64,000 bases of DNA from Adineta vaga (GCA_021613535.1 CP075496.1:15160635-15224634), one strand, 5' to 3'; counted from the first letter of the stretch, positions 1-15,050 are shown. Made by a program: numbers and translations. Notes: generated by a model not told the origin, from the sequence alone.

Positions 1-44
1 TCAAATACAAAGCATTTCACTTAGCACAAAAACGTATTAAACGA

Positions 45-2988
45 GTGTTCGAAAATTTAAACGAGTTTTACTTTTCAACAAAGGATTGTATATCTTCTGC
101 CAGTACAGATGGAACAGAAATTATCAATAAACTGGTTGAAATTAACGAGTTCGATGATGAAAATAGTCCGATAGATTCATCGGTAGTGAAAAATTTTCTT
201 AATAATCTCTCGGCTATTATTGATGCAGTAAATCATTTACAATCTAAGAAAAGTTCATTTTTATATCCTGGTAAGAAAAATAAATCCAGTTGTCGAGTTA
301 CTCTACCGTCATTTTTTCATAAAACAGCACTTACGGAACATTTGTTACTGATGGCTGATGATAATACAAATAGGTTTACCAAAGTTCCTTCGTCATTTTT
401 GGTCATTACATCTAGCTCCAGGATCGTACGAAGACACAAGTTATAAAAGATGTATTGAAATAGATTGTCCAAGTTCTGGTATGGCTTTATGCCACAACAG
501 AACACCATTATTCGCTCTAACCTTTTGTTCACAATTAATACAAAAGATATACATTCAATTAATAGATAGTGGTCAATGTATACTTGAAAAAGATGGTACA
601 TTCGATAGTAAAGAATGTATATATGAAGCTCAATTACTAATAGAATGCGTTCTTCAATTGCATAACTGTCTTTGTTGCAAATACACCATGACATATTTGC
701 TGATTCTCTTACATTATCTATTAAAAAGAAATCGATTGGAGAATTTCGCTGCCAGTTTCATCTGGACATTGAAATCTCACAATTTAAAGGAACATTATTA
801 TTCAACGATCAATAGAATATCTGATGATCAACCAGAAGAAGAAGAAAAAGAAGAACAAGAACAAGAACAAGAAAAAGTTTATAACGAAGTGAATATCATT
901 TCTGATACGATTAATTTTGAAATGGATCGTCTACAAGAAATTTTAAATCAATCTCATCGACATGATCAACATTTATACAGCAGTATTCTATCTCTTACTC
1001 ATATATGCTGGTTCACGTCTGATGTGCCATTAAAATGGCAATTATTCAAAACAGCTATTTAAGCGATGAATTTAATGTCCAATTCTATATTGAAAATACA
1101 TCTATTAAGTGTCATATTATCACATCCTTGTGTGACACCATTATTATCAACAGCGATTTTTCAAAGTCGAACATTGCAAGATGAATTTATAATGTCTATA
1201 AAACAATTATCATTCATTGAATCTCCTATGATTACATCGTTATTAATAGTACGTTGTTTTCCACATGCACACAATAATGACATTCGATCACAATTAGTTG
1301 ATATACTTTTTAAAAAATTTCATAATTTGAAAATATCCTCTTCTGAAGAAGCTGAAATCATTGGCGAAATTTTATCCACCTGTTCTGCGGCCAACCTTGA
1401 TCCATTATTTATTCAAGAGCAACAAAAACAATTGAGAATACGTAATATGAAATCTTGCATACATCTCAACAATCTCAATTCACCTATCAGCATACATTTT
1501 ACTCCTAGTCAACAGACAACATTAGCAGCGTACCATTTAGTTGAACTCGCTCATGATGTACAGAGACTAACATTTGGACAAAATATCTCAAGTTCGTCAG
1601 AACATTTATTAAATAGCGATGGAATTCTCACAGCATTACTAGCAACAAATATGACACAACAAATTCGATCAACCTCATTTGATCTAGAAAAAATCGATGA
1701 ACTACTTCAATCTTTCCAGGAGGTGACTCCTAATGCGGTACAGATTGTTCAAGAGTGGCTTTTATATGACAAAGATGAATAAAAAATACTGAGATATCAT
1801 GCTGCCCTTCTTCTATCCTATTCTAACATTTGGTCTGTCCTTGGTATAAATACTTTATGTGATATGTTATTGAGTAAACTCGACCGATTTCGACAACGAA
1901 CTGAATTTTTTATGCGAACACATACTATACCATGGCGGAGTTCGCAGCTTGGCTTAGATGTTTTTCTTGCACTAGCCGAAAAGCATTTCACTTTTGGAAC
2001 CATATCTCCTTATGCGTCGGTAGTAACATTTTTGGCATTTGAAAAACTTCAGATAGACGACATTGATCATCTTGTTGAATTGATGAAACGGGAAAAGCAT
2101 CAGATAGAAGCTGAACTAAAGGTATCAGAGAGTAAAGATAAGAATGTTCAGATGAATCAATCTTATATGAAAGTGCCACATACAGTTTCAACACCTGTTC
2201 TTTCTCATTTTATCAAAATGATCGAAAGTGAGATTGATGAAACAATGAAAGCAGAAACAGAAACATTGTCATCGGAAGCACAAGTACAATATATAGAACG
2301 TTTACTTAATGCGTCTATTTTTCACTGGACTACAGTGGGTACACAAGAAAGGATGTTTCTCGATATGGCTCAACGTATTTTAAATAATATTACAATCAAT
2401 GTCAGAATTCGTGCAATGATTGTATTTTCACTAGGTTATTGTAGCACTGGTGGTCTTCCTATTTTGCAAGCTGAAATTTTGAAGGTAGAATCTTTTGAAC
2501 TACTTCCGATTGCAGTTAGCTCCTACTGTTACTGTATCCGTAGAACCTATAACGCTCAAGACGATTCAGCAAGAACTATTATACAAAGCTCTTTAGAATC
2601 TATTATTAGTCTACTGAACCATTCTTCCGATGATGTTGCCCAAGCTGCAGCTGATGGATTAGCTAGTGTATATGCAGCATGGGATGATGGTTTAAGCGTT
2701 CTTCTAGATACTCTTCAGCATGATCATATTCGAGCATACACCGCTCTATTAAATGCAACAAAAGATTTGACAGACAATGCGATCAATCAAAAATGCGTAC
2801 ATCGAGCAGCTGAACTAATCGAACAATATTCATCATCTCTTCTACCACTTTTTCTTCTCGAATTATATCATAGTATCAAATATTTTCATACTTCAGTTCT
2901 TCTCATAAGATCACCGCCAGGATACCGAGGTATTAATGCAACTGTTGAAGTTGCAGCACTGCTTGTTCGAAAAATGCCTGCTGCTTGA
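45..2988 (+). pseudogene. Large helical (HEAT/ARM-like) protein gene, broken into 4 ORFs and cut at its 3' end by a telomeric hairpin
   Basis: Consecutive same-strand ORFs 45-446, 358-1062, 1066-1782 and 1864-2988 are separated by frameshifts or stops. The final stop is the TGA of TTGAGGGTGTGGG at 2985. The family is not recognised. Confidence 0.5.
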
Positions 2989-3056
2989 GGGTGTGGGTGT
3001 GGGTGGGTGTGGATGAGAGTTTGCTGATTAAAGATTAAGAACCCACACCCACCCTC
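2985..3056. repeat. Telomeric-repeat hairpin site 1
   Basis: TTGAGGGTGTGGGTGTGGGTGGGTGTGG-loop-ACCCACACCCACCCTC. Confidence 0.9.
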
Positions 3057-3341
3057 TCTTGTCTACGAGAAAGAAAATACTCTGTTGTCTCTCTTCCGTA
3101 GATATTGTTCGTTTAGTAGCATTCTAAACAGACAAAGACTATCAAAATACTAATGTGATGTAATTTGTAGCAGTTAATCAACTAGTTGTATTTTTCTCAG
3201 TTTCTACTCAGACTTTCGCTTGTATGTTCGAATGCTAACAAACATCTTCCGAAAAGTTGCAAGGAAACGCGGTTATTTGTGTCAAAACGGATATGACAGT
3301 AAAAAGTGTATTATAGAGAAATATAGAAATGGTTAGCCGTA

Positions 3342-3717
3342 AGTGGTCGACTGGAGGGAGGCCAACGAACGACCAGACGTGAATGTGTATAGTTACTAAT
3401 AAAATAAAGTTTAAAAGTAAAACCGAAGTACTCTAAATCGTTTTATCTGAAGACGTGGATTACTATTCTTTAGGAGTAACGCTGACGACGTACCACACTG
3501 TTAAGGCGAAAAAATTGAAAAGTATAAGGCATCCTGAACAATATTATAAAAGTATCGGATGCCTGAGAACCGTCTATTAATTACACTATAAAAGTCTGAT
3601 TTTTACTCGGATTAAGTTTCTTTTTTGACAAACGATAGAGAGTGATAAAAAGTGTATATTATGAACAGCTAGTCGTGAGTGGCCGACTGAAGGGAGGCCG
3701 ACGAACGACTAGCTGTT
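3342..3717 (+). repeat. Two copies of a GC-rich stem-loop motif (probable TE remnant)
   Basis: GTGGTCGACTGGAGGGAGGCCAACGAACGACCAG at ~3343 and GTGGCCGACTGAAGGGAGGCCGACGAACGACTAG at ~3679. The second is closed by the stem AACAGCTAGTCGT/ACGACTAGCTGTT. Confidence 0.55.
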
Positions 3718-4689
3718 TGCATTTGGATTTATCGTAAGCCCAATAAATGATAGATGTAATGCTTTAAGAAAGTTTCAAACGATTCGATTCCTCAGTGAAA
3801 ATAATTTCCTTCTAAACGTTGAGAATAAAAACTTCATGCGGTTCAAGGTACATTAATGCTGATGTAGTACTGTGTACTCGCCGTAGGATTAGTAGACATA
3901 TATATGCAGTTATATCATCTTGAAATTTTTCAGAAATGACTGACAATTCTAAGCGGTCACGTAATATCATTCGCAACGTTTCTATAGAAAACTTCCTCCT
4001 TAGTTGTATTCTGAAACTTAAGTGTAACAAGTAATACTTTTTCTATAAACAATGATTGAAATTAAGGAGCATTTTTTATAATATACATATGAAATGTATA
4101 CATATTCTTATACAACATACATCGCTATAAGGAGTATAGCTTCTTGTTAGCTTTCCTGCAATTAAGAAATCTGTGACATAAAATATAATCATAAATCAAT
4201 TTCTTTTCATCAAAGCCATTCTGAATTTTTTGTCGAAAAGGGTCAGGTAATCCCTCGGATAAGCGTTACTTGTCATTTATTCACTTATGACACATTCGTA
4301 TACCTCCTTATTTATCCTCTGTAGTCGACGCCACTCAGTTGAGTGCATTTATCCACCTCTATATACACCTAATGATAACCTGTTCATGAACTAACTTCTA
4401 GATTGATACGAAAAACTCGATCCGCTCGACATTAGATTTCTAAAAACGGGTGTTGAAAAATTCAAATCAAGGAAAAGTTTGACTTGTCGAGTCTGGATGG
4501 CAGCAAAGAATCATTACATATAAATAAATAGATCGTAGCTCAGAATCTTACAAGAAAGTTATTAGACATCGTCTACGAAGTGTTCCTTTCAGTGGAGGGT
4601 TTAGCAACGTTTGCGTTGCGTTACTTGTGTTCAGACGTGTTCTCGGTGTTATTTTGCGCCTAGGAAACCACCATACAAAGTTTGGAGAG

Positions 4690-5107
4690 TTTACCCATCA
4701 TAAAAGCACTTGAGTGAAATTTCACCCAAATCATTTATGTCACCCACAGGACTTGAGGACCTATGGGTACCCCTATAATAAAGAACTTGAGGACACCAGG
4801 GTAATGCACATGAAGTCCATCAGACTGATATATCCTGTGAAAATGGCGAAAAACAAATTTGGGCAAAAAATCCCTGTACTCCTTCTCAGGGATGGTCTGG
4901 CCAGTTTCCAGTTTTTTTACGAGAACTCAAGCAATTCTTGACTGATCGGTCTCATCTTCGAACTCGACTGAGATATTAATGAGGCTAAACTGTGTGGAAA
5001 ATTTCAGCTCAATCGAACTCTCCTTTCGAAAGTTATCGGATAAACGGACGGACGGACACACTGACCGATTTTAGTAGTGTACTCACTTTTTGAGTACACA
5101 AAAAAAG
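4690..5107 (+). mobile_element. Helentron/DINE-1-like non-autonomous element (3' part); left boundary approximate
   Basis: (GGAC)n microsatellite at ~5046, then a terminal stem-loop GTGTACTCA-CTTTT-TGAGTACAC and an A-run. Confidence 0.45.
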
Positions 5108-5181
5108 ACCCTTCGCCACTACTTTTGGACTGCTCTAAGTACAATTTTGTTGGTTTCTCGAAAAGCGTGCAACAGTAGTCC

Positions 5182-5314
5182 ATCTTGAGGGTGTGGGTGT
5201 GGGTGAGAAACAGTGGAATGATGACACCCTCAACCATCCTCACCCACACCCAACCCCTTACCCTCATCCTCACCCATACCCACACCCTCACACCCTCACC
5301 CTTACCCTCAAGAT
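5182..5314. repeat. Telomeric-repeat hairpin site 2 (long variant C-arm)
   Basis: ATCTTGAGGGTGTGGGTGTGGGTGAG ... mixed CCCTCA/CCCACA/CCCATA/CCCTTA units ... CCCTCAAGAT. Confidence 0.9.
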
Positions 5315-6467
5315 AAATATGCTTGCTTTTTTCTTTTTTACTACCAATGAACAAAAGGTGCTCTTTATCAGCACAAATTAGTAAAAACTTTTTATAAAGA
5401 GTTGTTTCTTTTTTAACTGGGCATTTGTGATGACAATGAATAAATATCATTGAGAAAGACTTTTTTTTGCATAATTTTTAAGTTGTCGTCTTTACTTATC
5501 ATCAAGACCTAAATGTGCATTTGGATCGAGGTATAATAAACGTTAAGAAATAAAAAAAATTTGAAAAATTCAGATTTACATTTCTTTTAAATTTATAGTT
5601 CATATCTGATTTCATCTAAAAAACATTTCTTGCTAGAAACTGCATTTCCTTGAAAAACAAATGATTTTCATTGTAACTTTGTCAAAATAAGAACAGATGT
5701 TAACTGAAACGATCGATAAGAAAAAGTCAGAGCCAAATCATGAGCTTTTCATTCGTTAGAAGTGGCATGTAATAAAGAAATAATCCTAAAAGAATTTCCA
5801 TTGATTCTCTCAAGGATTTTAGATAAAAACCAATACAGATTGAGAAAATTTGCAATTTGGACCAGTTCTGATCTAGAAATCGACTATCATTGACATTTTC
5901 TATAAAATATGTGGAAGCAACGTATTCGATAAAAGTTGAGTTAAAACTGCACGTCTTTCACCATCCGGTTTTTATTTAGCTGATTTTGTTTCAATGAAGT
6001 TTGCTTCCGCACTCTACATGCGAGTCGCCCAGCATTGTTGCCAGATTGTCTGTTTATCTTGAACAATCATTTACATCTGCTTTCGTTATTTCACGAATTA
6101 ATTGTGTCTATGGATGTATTTTCATTGTTTTTATTTATCTATGATTATAGTATCGTGTTGATTGCGAATGTTCGAATAGAATCTATCGTATTAACGTGAC
6201 TATAACTAGTTTTTGTTCAGTTTTAAAGTATATACCATATATTCGAGTAAGTCAACGTGTGAGAAGAACGCTCGATGAGACTAATCATCAAGCAAACATA
6301 CAGAAGACATACGTGTCTAGTATGAGTTTTACCAATCTTTAGACACGGTCTGTATTCAAATAATCCTTACATGGTTATATTGTTTATAGGCGAATAGGAA
6401 AAAAACTACAATTAGATAATCTTCTCAGAAGATTTCGAGAAGCTTCCTCGCTGTTCATCTAACATGA

Positions 6468-9400
6468 ATGATGGAACAAAATGAAACGATGAATAACAAT
6501 TCTGCAGTATGCCAATGATTTTATTTGAAATGAAGACATATGATAACAATGTTTTTTGTCACAATGTCATTTTAGGATTGCAGAACATCTCAGAATCCAT
6601 CTGAAATACAGACTCCTTCGATGACAACAGTGTATGTGACCTTTTGTTCTCAGATAGAAACCTAAGGAATCTGTTTGTTTTTAGGAGCTCGCCCAGAAGA
6701 AGGAAAATAGGGTGCATCATAGTGATTTTGATTATTGGTATTGTGACTGTTCTTGCTGTGGCATTTCTTGTTCTAAAATACCATTGGGAAATAAGAATGG
6801 AGTATTCAACAACAATAACATTAGCCGGTAAAATTGTTTTCGAGAAAACAAGAGTTTATAGGTGGTTTTTACATTCTACTATGCAAAAAATCTTTGGATT
6901 TTCGAAAAAAACTCCGACTGGCACTTAGATTTCTTTGACATTACAGTAAAACTTCACTTTTTTAGCACCCTTCGTTGACGAACAATTTGTTGGTCTCAAC
7001 ACTTTGTAGAACGAACGAACTTTTCTTTGCTAGAAATACACCTTTTCTTCATGAATCTTCTCCTTTATGAATGTTCGAGATTGTTCAGATAAATTCCACC
7101 AATAATTATTACCAGTCAGGGAAGAAAATAAGGATGAAAGAACAAGAGAGAAAAAAATGAAATGATCTATAGTAGAGGTGCAACAAACACAAAGCTTTGG
7201 ATTTGTTTCAACAGATTTGGGTTTGGGTTTGGTTTTGAAATTAAACTCTTCTAATAGCAAAGTCACATGATTTCTAGGCATCTGAGACCCAAATAAAACT
7301 CAAACCCAAATCCAAATCTTCACTAGGATTTGTTGCACTCCTAATCTATAGAAAATTGACTGAAAAATATATCATTTTTATCAATACTGTTGCGAACATT
7401 GTGAAAGAACGAGATGAACATATAGCCGAGTACTTAAAGAAACGAAAAAAGCATCAAGAATAGTACGGCTCAGTAGATTGATGATGTTGTGTAAGAGAAA
7501 CGTCGACACAAAGCAACATTTATGGTTACTTCAGTTAACACTAAAGTTTCATCTATCTTTTATCATGAAAGAAAGGCTTCAATTTTATAGTCGTAATATT
7601 AACGTGCGAAATGCACACAGTTGTTAGTAATGTAAGAAAAGACAATCAAATGTTGACACAATAGATGCTGAGAAAGCTCCCTTTTTTGAACGCCCCTTAT
7701 ACTGACCGAATTAAGCTGTTCATCGCGCATATAATCGTTATTATCGGGCAGTATGAATAAAAACGAACAAAGACAGATGGGTTCAATAGTATCTACATAG
7801 GGGTATCCAAAAGTAGTGGCAACGATATTTTAGTACCAGATATTAAGCTTAATAAAAGTTTCTTTTCACATGGGATGATAGAGAAAAAAATGCTCTTTCT
7901 TTCTATACTATTTGATCATACTTCAACTAAAGTTATACTAATAAAATTCCGATAAGAGTTGTTTTTTGTTTGCATGTGTCCCCGTTATACTGACTCTCAT
8001 TTCCAAGAAGATGAAGGAGTATTTTTTAAATAACTTTTCATAGAAACAAGATAGAGAGCTGCGGTTTTCGCCACTGAAAAGAAGAGATGAAGATGCATAA
8101 AATCGTATACTACGGTTTTTCTGACGTGCTTATTATAAGGTTTTCAACTGATCTTTTTAAGAACAAACTTATCTCGTAAGATGTTTACAGTGAAGTTTCA
8201 ATAATCAAATGTACGTTCAAGCTGTTAATCAAAGAGTTAAAAAATGCACAAGGCTGAGATGAATAATACATGTTCTTTTTTTTTTATTATGCAAAGAAAA
8301 CTGTGATCGTTGGATCCTAACAGTACATGTTAATATATAAAAAAAAACAAGAAGAGAAAACAGAAAACAAGACAAAAGAGAATGACATAATAGAGTAAGA
8401 GAACATTTACATCTAACTCAGCAAAATGTTTCTGGAAAGATTTGCAAGAGTAGAACATCATCTATGTCAAAATGTGAAACCGAAGAGTAAGAAGGAACTG
8501 ATGAAAGCCAGGTCAAGACTTTTTCGAGAATAGATAGATGAGGAACGAATCTTTACGACCTATTCAATCCTTTAATAGAAAATTCTTTATTCAACCAACT
8601 TTTACGAAATTCTGCAAGATTAGCTTTTTCAAATAAAAGAAAACCATCTGTAGAATCAGCGAGTACATGAAGATATCTATTCCAATATAAAGCACATCGG
8701 TTCTCTAGAGACAATTCGTCAAAAACGTATGAAAAGAAACTACTATTTTATTCTAAACAATATGAATAATGCATGTTCTAGTCCAGTCTTTAATATGATT
8801 TTCTAGCGATTTCTGTGAGAAACGCTCGTTTTTCTGCTTTTACCGCTTTTCCTGAGTAAAACATTTTTGCAATAGTTATAAAAATTGAATAAAAATATTG
8901 CAGAAATCAATATTAGAAGGACCGTTATATACAATTCGATGCATATTCATCTTTTCTTTCCAATGGTGAAAATTGCAACTCTCTATCTTGTTTCTATGAA
9001 AAGTTATTTAAAAAATACTCCTTCATCTTCTTGGAAATGAGAGTCAGTATAACGGGGACACATGCAAACAAAAAACAACTCTTATCGGAATTTTATTAGT
9101 ATAACTTTAGTTGAAGTATGATCAAATAGTTTAGAAAGAAAGAGCATTTTTTTCTCTATCATCCCATGTAAAAAGAAACTTTTATTAAGCTTAATATCTG
9201 GTACTAAAATGTCGTTGCCACTACTTTTGGATACCCCTATGTAGTGCCAAGAACAAAGTTACATGTCGCAAAGCAACTTCACTTGCTGAAGATACTTTTC
9301 ATTTGAGTTCAAATTGTAGAAGAAAAGATGAGGACGATGCGTGCTCGTAGGCATTTGACTGGCTTTTGGTTTATCAACGAACATACCTGTCTCATTCAAA

Positions 9401-12400
9401 TTCGAATACAGATCAAAGTTTCGAACATGTCTCCTATTACAGTGTCAAGATAAGGAAAACATGTCTGAAACACACCTTGGAATGACATAAATTTTCTATT
9501 CATTATCATAGATACTCAAAACAGTTTTCGCTGCGAAGCCTATCGCGGTTTAATAACTTCTCATTCTGACTAGGAGTCGATGGGCTCTACTCTACAGTGG
9601 CCATAGATGTCTGTTTTGAAGTAGCATATGAACCGAATGTTGCAAGAGTTTCAATGCAAAAAATATAATGTAAGAAGAGAAATCGAATTCATGCTAACAG
9701 TCATCTTTTACAAGAAAGAAAAACTACACTATTGGACTAGCTATGCAAGATTGCACTAACTGATAATATTTGACCAGCTGGAACTTATGCAGGCTTGTCT
9801 GTTGAATCTGCATTCAACGTTCGCTCTTTTAATCTCACATCGAAATATTGACTAGAGACTTTGGCACCTTATTAACAGTTTTGTCTTTCAGTTGAAATTC
9901 GAATTGAAACAAATTTTTTTCTGATCAGTTTCGTTTAAAGGATTTAACTAAGTAGGTATTCGGCAGGAAGCGGACGTTGTGAATGTCAGATACTCGGAGG
10001 ATTCAAGGAAACCTAATGTTGCGATGCTAATACAATAGTATTTCTTGTATCATAATTCATGGCGTTCCGTTAAGTTTTCAAATATCGTCCACTTCGTGCT
10101 CCATGATACCGAATCATGTCTCGAGATACTTATTTGTTAAGCTTCTACCAGAGACGTAAAATACCTCTTGACAAGAGCCTTGTAAAATTCTAACTCTCTT
10201 CGATCCGTAGATGTGCCGTCAGTGCTATACTAGGCACCGGGAAATTTTTCTAAACGAAACTCCATCTCTGCCATGCATATCTGACGAATAATTTGCTCGA
10301 ACATGAAAGAGGAAACGACTGATTAGGAGTTTCATAATCATTCTAATCAATGCTAACCACTAATCAGCTATTTCTTCCTTGATTATTTCGTTTTCCATTG
10401 ATTTCCAAATCGATGTCATGCAGTTGAACGTTCATTTATAGGCCAATCGAATTAAACGGTTTAGATGCCTTCGTTATGTTACCACTCGGAGAATGTTCTA
10501 AATGACAATTTTATGTAAAATTCAATATAAAAATTCAAATGCTTACAATGATACGATAATAGTTCGATTCATTATCAGTAGTTTACAAAACATGCCTGTA
10601 TTAGAATAGTGTTATCTGAACTTTATTGTTTCTCACATAAAACTGATTTTAGAATTTACAGCAACAACAACAACAGTAACGACTTCAACAACATCATCAA
10701 TAACCACAACGACGACAGTATCAACAACGACGACAACAACAACTGGTAAGTGATACGCTAAATAAGCTCGAGTAATCTTTGTGATATGTCAACTGCAGCT
10801 CAGCCACAATCATGACTTCATATGATGCTTGAAAAAAAGCTGTCTCTTGCACGGCATTCGTAGTTCTAAAATGTTAAAACGGGATTCCCGAATTTCACCA
10901 ATAAGACTTTCGCCAATAGGACGTTCGCCATTGGCGAAAATATAATGAACATTCGCCAATTGGCGAAGGTTATAAGAGAATACTGGCGAAAGTACAGTGA
11001 GCTCTTTTCGACTATCATAGACGAATGTAAATGTCGGTTGCGTGTGCGGAACTAGAATATCAGACTGTACCTTATTGCTGTCCTTTATCAACTTCGTCGA
11101 AAGTACAGTGAACTTTCGCCAATGGCGAGCGTCCTATTGGCGAAAGTCTTATTGGCGAAGTTCGGGTATGCCGTTAAAACAAACGAGTTACATGAAACAA
11201 CTCCGAATGTCATTTCCACACGGAACAGTGTTTAGTACTGTTGAATTATTTTGCCGAAAAAAGGATTTCTACAGAATTAATTGCGAAGAGTGAGTAATCC
11301 ATAACAATATATGAATGTTGACAGAATAAGAAAAAAAAGATGTTAGCTGCACATTGAATCGCAAGAAATCTCTTGTATATTTTGGACTAATATCGTAATT
11401 GTGATAATCAACTTCTGTTTTTGTATCATCAGGGTATACAAATAGTTTTTTCTTCTATTCAATAGCTTGCAATATGTTTTATGAAGAAACTCGTTACTTA
11501 CTCGGTGCAAGACCTAAGGCACTCGCAGTTGCTGATTTGAACAATGATAACGTGTCCGATATTGTTGTATCGTATGTTTATTATAAACCTACTATTGAAA
11601 TTATTCTTCATAGTGCCACTGGAACAATTCTTTCTCGAACAAAATATTACGATTGGACTCTAACATATTCGTTCGCCATAGGTGACATGAATGCCGACAA
11701 TAGACTTGATATTGTTGCTACATACCGTAGTGAAAATGCTATTGGTATTGGTATTTCATTCAATATGCACAACGATACTTTTTCCAGTCCAAGAATGCAC
11801 GATTGTACATCAGTCAATTATTGGACGAGGTAGGATAAATACAAGTGTCGTAAGTAAAATTGTTATATTTGTACGTGAAAAAGACGTGCTCAATACCTGC
11901 ATTTCAATATGAGTAGTTCTCTGCTTAAGCTGAAATTTTAAAACAAAGTTCTTGTTTGTGGAGATTATCAAGATCGATCATATAGAAATATCCATAGGTC
12001 TGCAAAATAGTCGTCTCTCATAATCTAATACGCCTAGCTTTGCAAAAGCTATGCTATAAAAGAATCCATGGGCAGGTAGAGGCGAGCTCTCCAATTCAGT
12101 TCAGTAAACAATAGTCTGCCAAACATTTTTTGTTCATATTGGTTAGCAAAACTTCACACTGAGTAATTAAATTGTCTTTGACTCAACTAGAACTTAGAAA
12201 TACTCAAATTTACCAACACAACACTGCATATGACGGTGATTGAAAAGTAAAAACCCATCATATCCTATTTTATAACGCTGTAGTATCCAGTGAAGTGAAT
12301 GATATTTTTCGTTGGATAAGGAATCCAATACTATCTGTAAAAAGCTATCGATAGCTTTCGAGTACCTTGCAAGCAAACAAGGAAATTGCTTCATAAATAC

Positions 12401-13551
12401 AGTTAAAAGAGAAGTCCATTCCCCTACAATAAAATAAATCTTAGCCTAGGAACATCCAAATTAGGTGATATATGATGGATATGTGGCACCTATGATAGGA
12501 CGTTCGTACTACGAACTTCGTAGTAAAATTTTCAGCTAACTTCTACTACGCACAATCGAGATGCGAAGCGAGTCAAGGTCAAAAAAATGATTATTGCATC
12601 TGGAAGAACTCTCGCTGTCTTTATAGTATATATGATTCAGCATTTATTTTGTTTGAAAGAGTATTTGTGAATGCAATAGTTATGAGGATGTTTCTTGTAA
12701 GACCTTATTTTTGAAGAAAAAGAGAACCTTCATAAGTTGGATCACAAAAAAACCATCGAACAAAGATATTCTTCATTATAGTATTAACAGTTCGACTCGA
12801 AAAAGTGCAAAAGCTAATGTACAAATACTTTCATTCCAGGTCGAAACCATCCTCGATTGCAGTATTTGATATAAGTGGAGACAAAAATCTCGATTTTGTT
12901 GCTATATATGATCGTGACAAACGCATTGACTTTTTTCGTAACACAGGTGGTGATTTTTTGATTTGTCATAAGCGTTTTTTCGTTGAAGAATATCCGTCTT
13001 CAATAGCGGTAGGCAATTTGGATGATGATCAGTATCCTGACATTGTTGTGGGCTATGAAAATTTACATACCATTGGTATTTTTTTTCAAAACGAGTTTTT
13101 AAGTGAGTTTGATATGGAGTTTTATTCTGAAATCTCGTACCTTGTGGATGGACCTATATCCTCAATTGCGTTAGCTGATATAGATAGCGATGGCCATCTC
13201 GACATAATTGTTACATTTTTGCTCTATAATACTGTTGGTATTTTGTTCAACAAGTCTGGTCGCTCTTTTTCTCGTGTAACTACTTTTGCAACTGGTATGC
13301 GCCCGTACTCAGTAACAATTGCCGATTTAAATAATGACTATAAACCTGATATAATTACCGCAAACTCTGGTGAAGATACCATCAGCGTTCTTCTCAACGC
13401 TGAGAATCGTACATTTCTTCCTCACATCGCGTACAAAGTTGGCAGTGAACCAAAAGCAGTTGCAGTTATCGATGCGAACCGTGACAATAAACCTGATATC
13501 ATCGTTGCAAATGGATCTGACGACTATGTTGGTATTCTCTTACGTTGTTGA
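6468..13551 (+). CDS. Type II membrane protein with Thr-rich stalk and FG-GAP/VCBS beta-propeller (6 exons)
   Basis: In-phase exons ~6468-6506, 6576-6631, 6685-6827 (TM helix IGCIIVILIIGIVTVLAVAFLVL), ~10653-10745 (poly-Thr), 11466-11828 and 12840-13551. Repeated ADLNND.KPDIIVAN motifs. Confidence 0.8.
7173..7343. mobile_element. hAT-type MITE in an intron
   Basis: TIRs TAGAGGTGCAACAAA / TTTGTTGCACTCCTA, perfect 8-bp TSD ATCTATAG, internal GGGTTT/AAACCC repeats. Confidence 0.8.
7796..9241. mobile_element. Non-autonomous DNA transposon with ~265-bp TIRs and TA TSD (Tc1/mariner-like)
   Basis: 7796-~8060 is the near-perfect reverse complement of ~8977-9241. TA on both sides, no transposase ORF inside. 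Confidence 0.85.
10880..11173. mobile_element. MITE with TTCGCCAAT/ATTGGCGAA subrepeats in an intron
   Basis: ~50-bp imperfect TIRs (CGGGATTCCCGAATTTCACCAATAAGACTTTCGCCAATAGGACG...), flanked by TTAAAA on both sides. Confidence 0.75.
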
Positions 13552-14299
13552 AGCTTCTTGCTCAACTGAACTCTATATATGTGTGGATTGTTTCTTCTCA
13601 AGACATTACCATCTGAATAGATTTTTCTCACTACATGAGGCATGTTGTTCTTCAGATGCTGACACATTGAAAAGACTTGACATTTTACTTTCGGGATGCT
13701 TTTTTTTTCTAGAAAAATCCATGAATGATCTACTGTGAGTACTAATAATAATTGAAAAATGTAGTTCACTATAATATTAATCAAATATACAGAAATTTTT
13801 ATTCAGATCAAATGACACTTCCGTAAATTCATCGATATGGATGGAAAAAGACCGGAGACACTATTAGAAACAACTATCTACATTGTAAATAAAAAAAAGT
13901 TTACTACCAAACCTATCGAAAAAGTTGCCCAGGTGTTGAATAGATTGCAAATGTGTCGGCATGCTGAAAAACATGATTTTTCAAAATTGACGAAACTTGA
14001 AAAGGATCTGACCGCGAGCACACGCTCCAAATCATCGTTCACGACACTTTTTCCATAGGTTCGGTAATAAACTTTTTTTATTTACAGTGTACTGAATTAT
14101 TACAAAGTTTTCGAAGTTACTGATCAATTCGCGGAAAGTATGGTGAACCCTTGCCAAGAATACGAATCTGCAGGTCGTTTTGTAATAGCTTTGCCAAATT
14201 GTTAACAATTGATCGTGAGCACGCGTCTTTCTGCTGAAGATAGAACAAACTTTTAGAGAATGATAGAAAACTGTTTTTAGTTCAGTAGATAGCAATCAA

Positions 14300-15050
14300 A
14301 ACCTTAATGATAATAACTGGGTTACCAATACTTTCGTACAGAATATACTGAACAGCTGTGAAACAAAATCAATGGCCATTGGTTTCGCGAATAATATTAG
14401 AAATTGTTAAGAGTTCAGTGCTGATTGCGTTAAAGTTCTGATGGATTTTCGATACTTCTCAAGATTCGTATATGTTTTACGAAAGAAAAAGTTAATCTAT
14501 GATAACTACACTTTAGTCTCGGTACATCCCTATTCTGAACCTTTAGAAACATGAATAAAAGGTTATTGGTTCAGGTGATACTATACAGAACCAACACTAA
14601 TTTAGTAATGAATTTGGTAAACCTCTAAGGAATTTTCGAATCATTTAAGAATTCGTATAAATTATACTAAACTGAGAGCTGATTTGTTTAGAATTTACTG
14701 AACCTTCAATTGAAATACTAAACCTTGAACGGTTTCGGAGAAGTTTTAGCAAGCTTTTAAGAGTTTGTGAATATATCAATCGTTTCGGGTAATCTACATC
14801 AAATCTCTAGAGTTTATACGAAACCGTGTTTGGTTTAGTTAGAAATACTCTGAGCTTTCTGAAAATTGACGAACCATTGGTGATACGGTGCAAACTAACC
14901 TGAACCATCTAGTGGCTTACGAAACTATGAATAATTTCGAAAAAAATATACCAAACCTATCGTCAGACTGCGAAACTATCGATAGTTCTATGGACATGTT
15001 ACGGAACGATCAATAATTTCGCATGATACATATAAAACTTTAAGTTGTCT
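14300..15050 (+). repeat. Degenerate ~51-bp minisatellite
   Basis: Recurring (T/G)ACGAAACC / ACTGAACC anchors about 51 bp apart (e.g. ~14817, 14868, 14918); resembles the 18.6-19.3 kb array. Confidence 0.5.

Noticed and set aside
5004-5450. ORFs with HPHPHP / VWVWV / THTHT runs (also 34018, 43129, 48170, 58210)
   Set aside because: These are translations of the telomeric hexamers, not proteins.
7216-7320. GGGTTT/AAACCC arms as another telomeric hairpin
   Set aside because: Different unit, and it lies inside a hAT MITE with clear TIRs and an 8-bp TSD.
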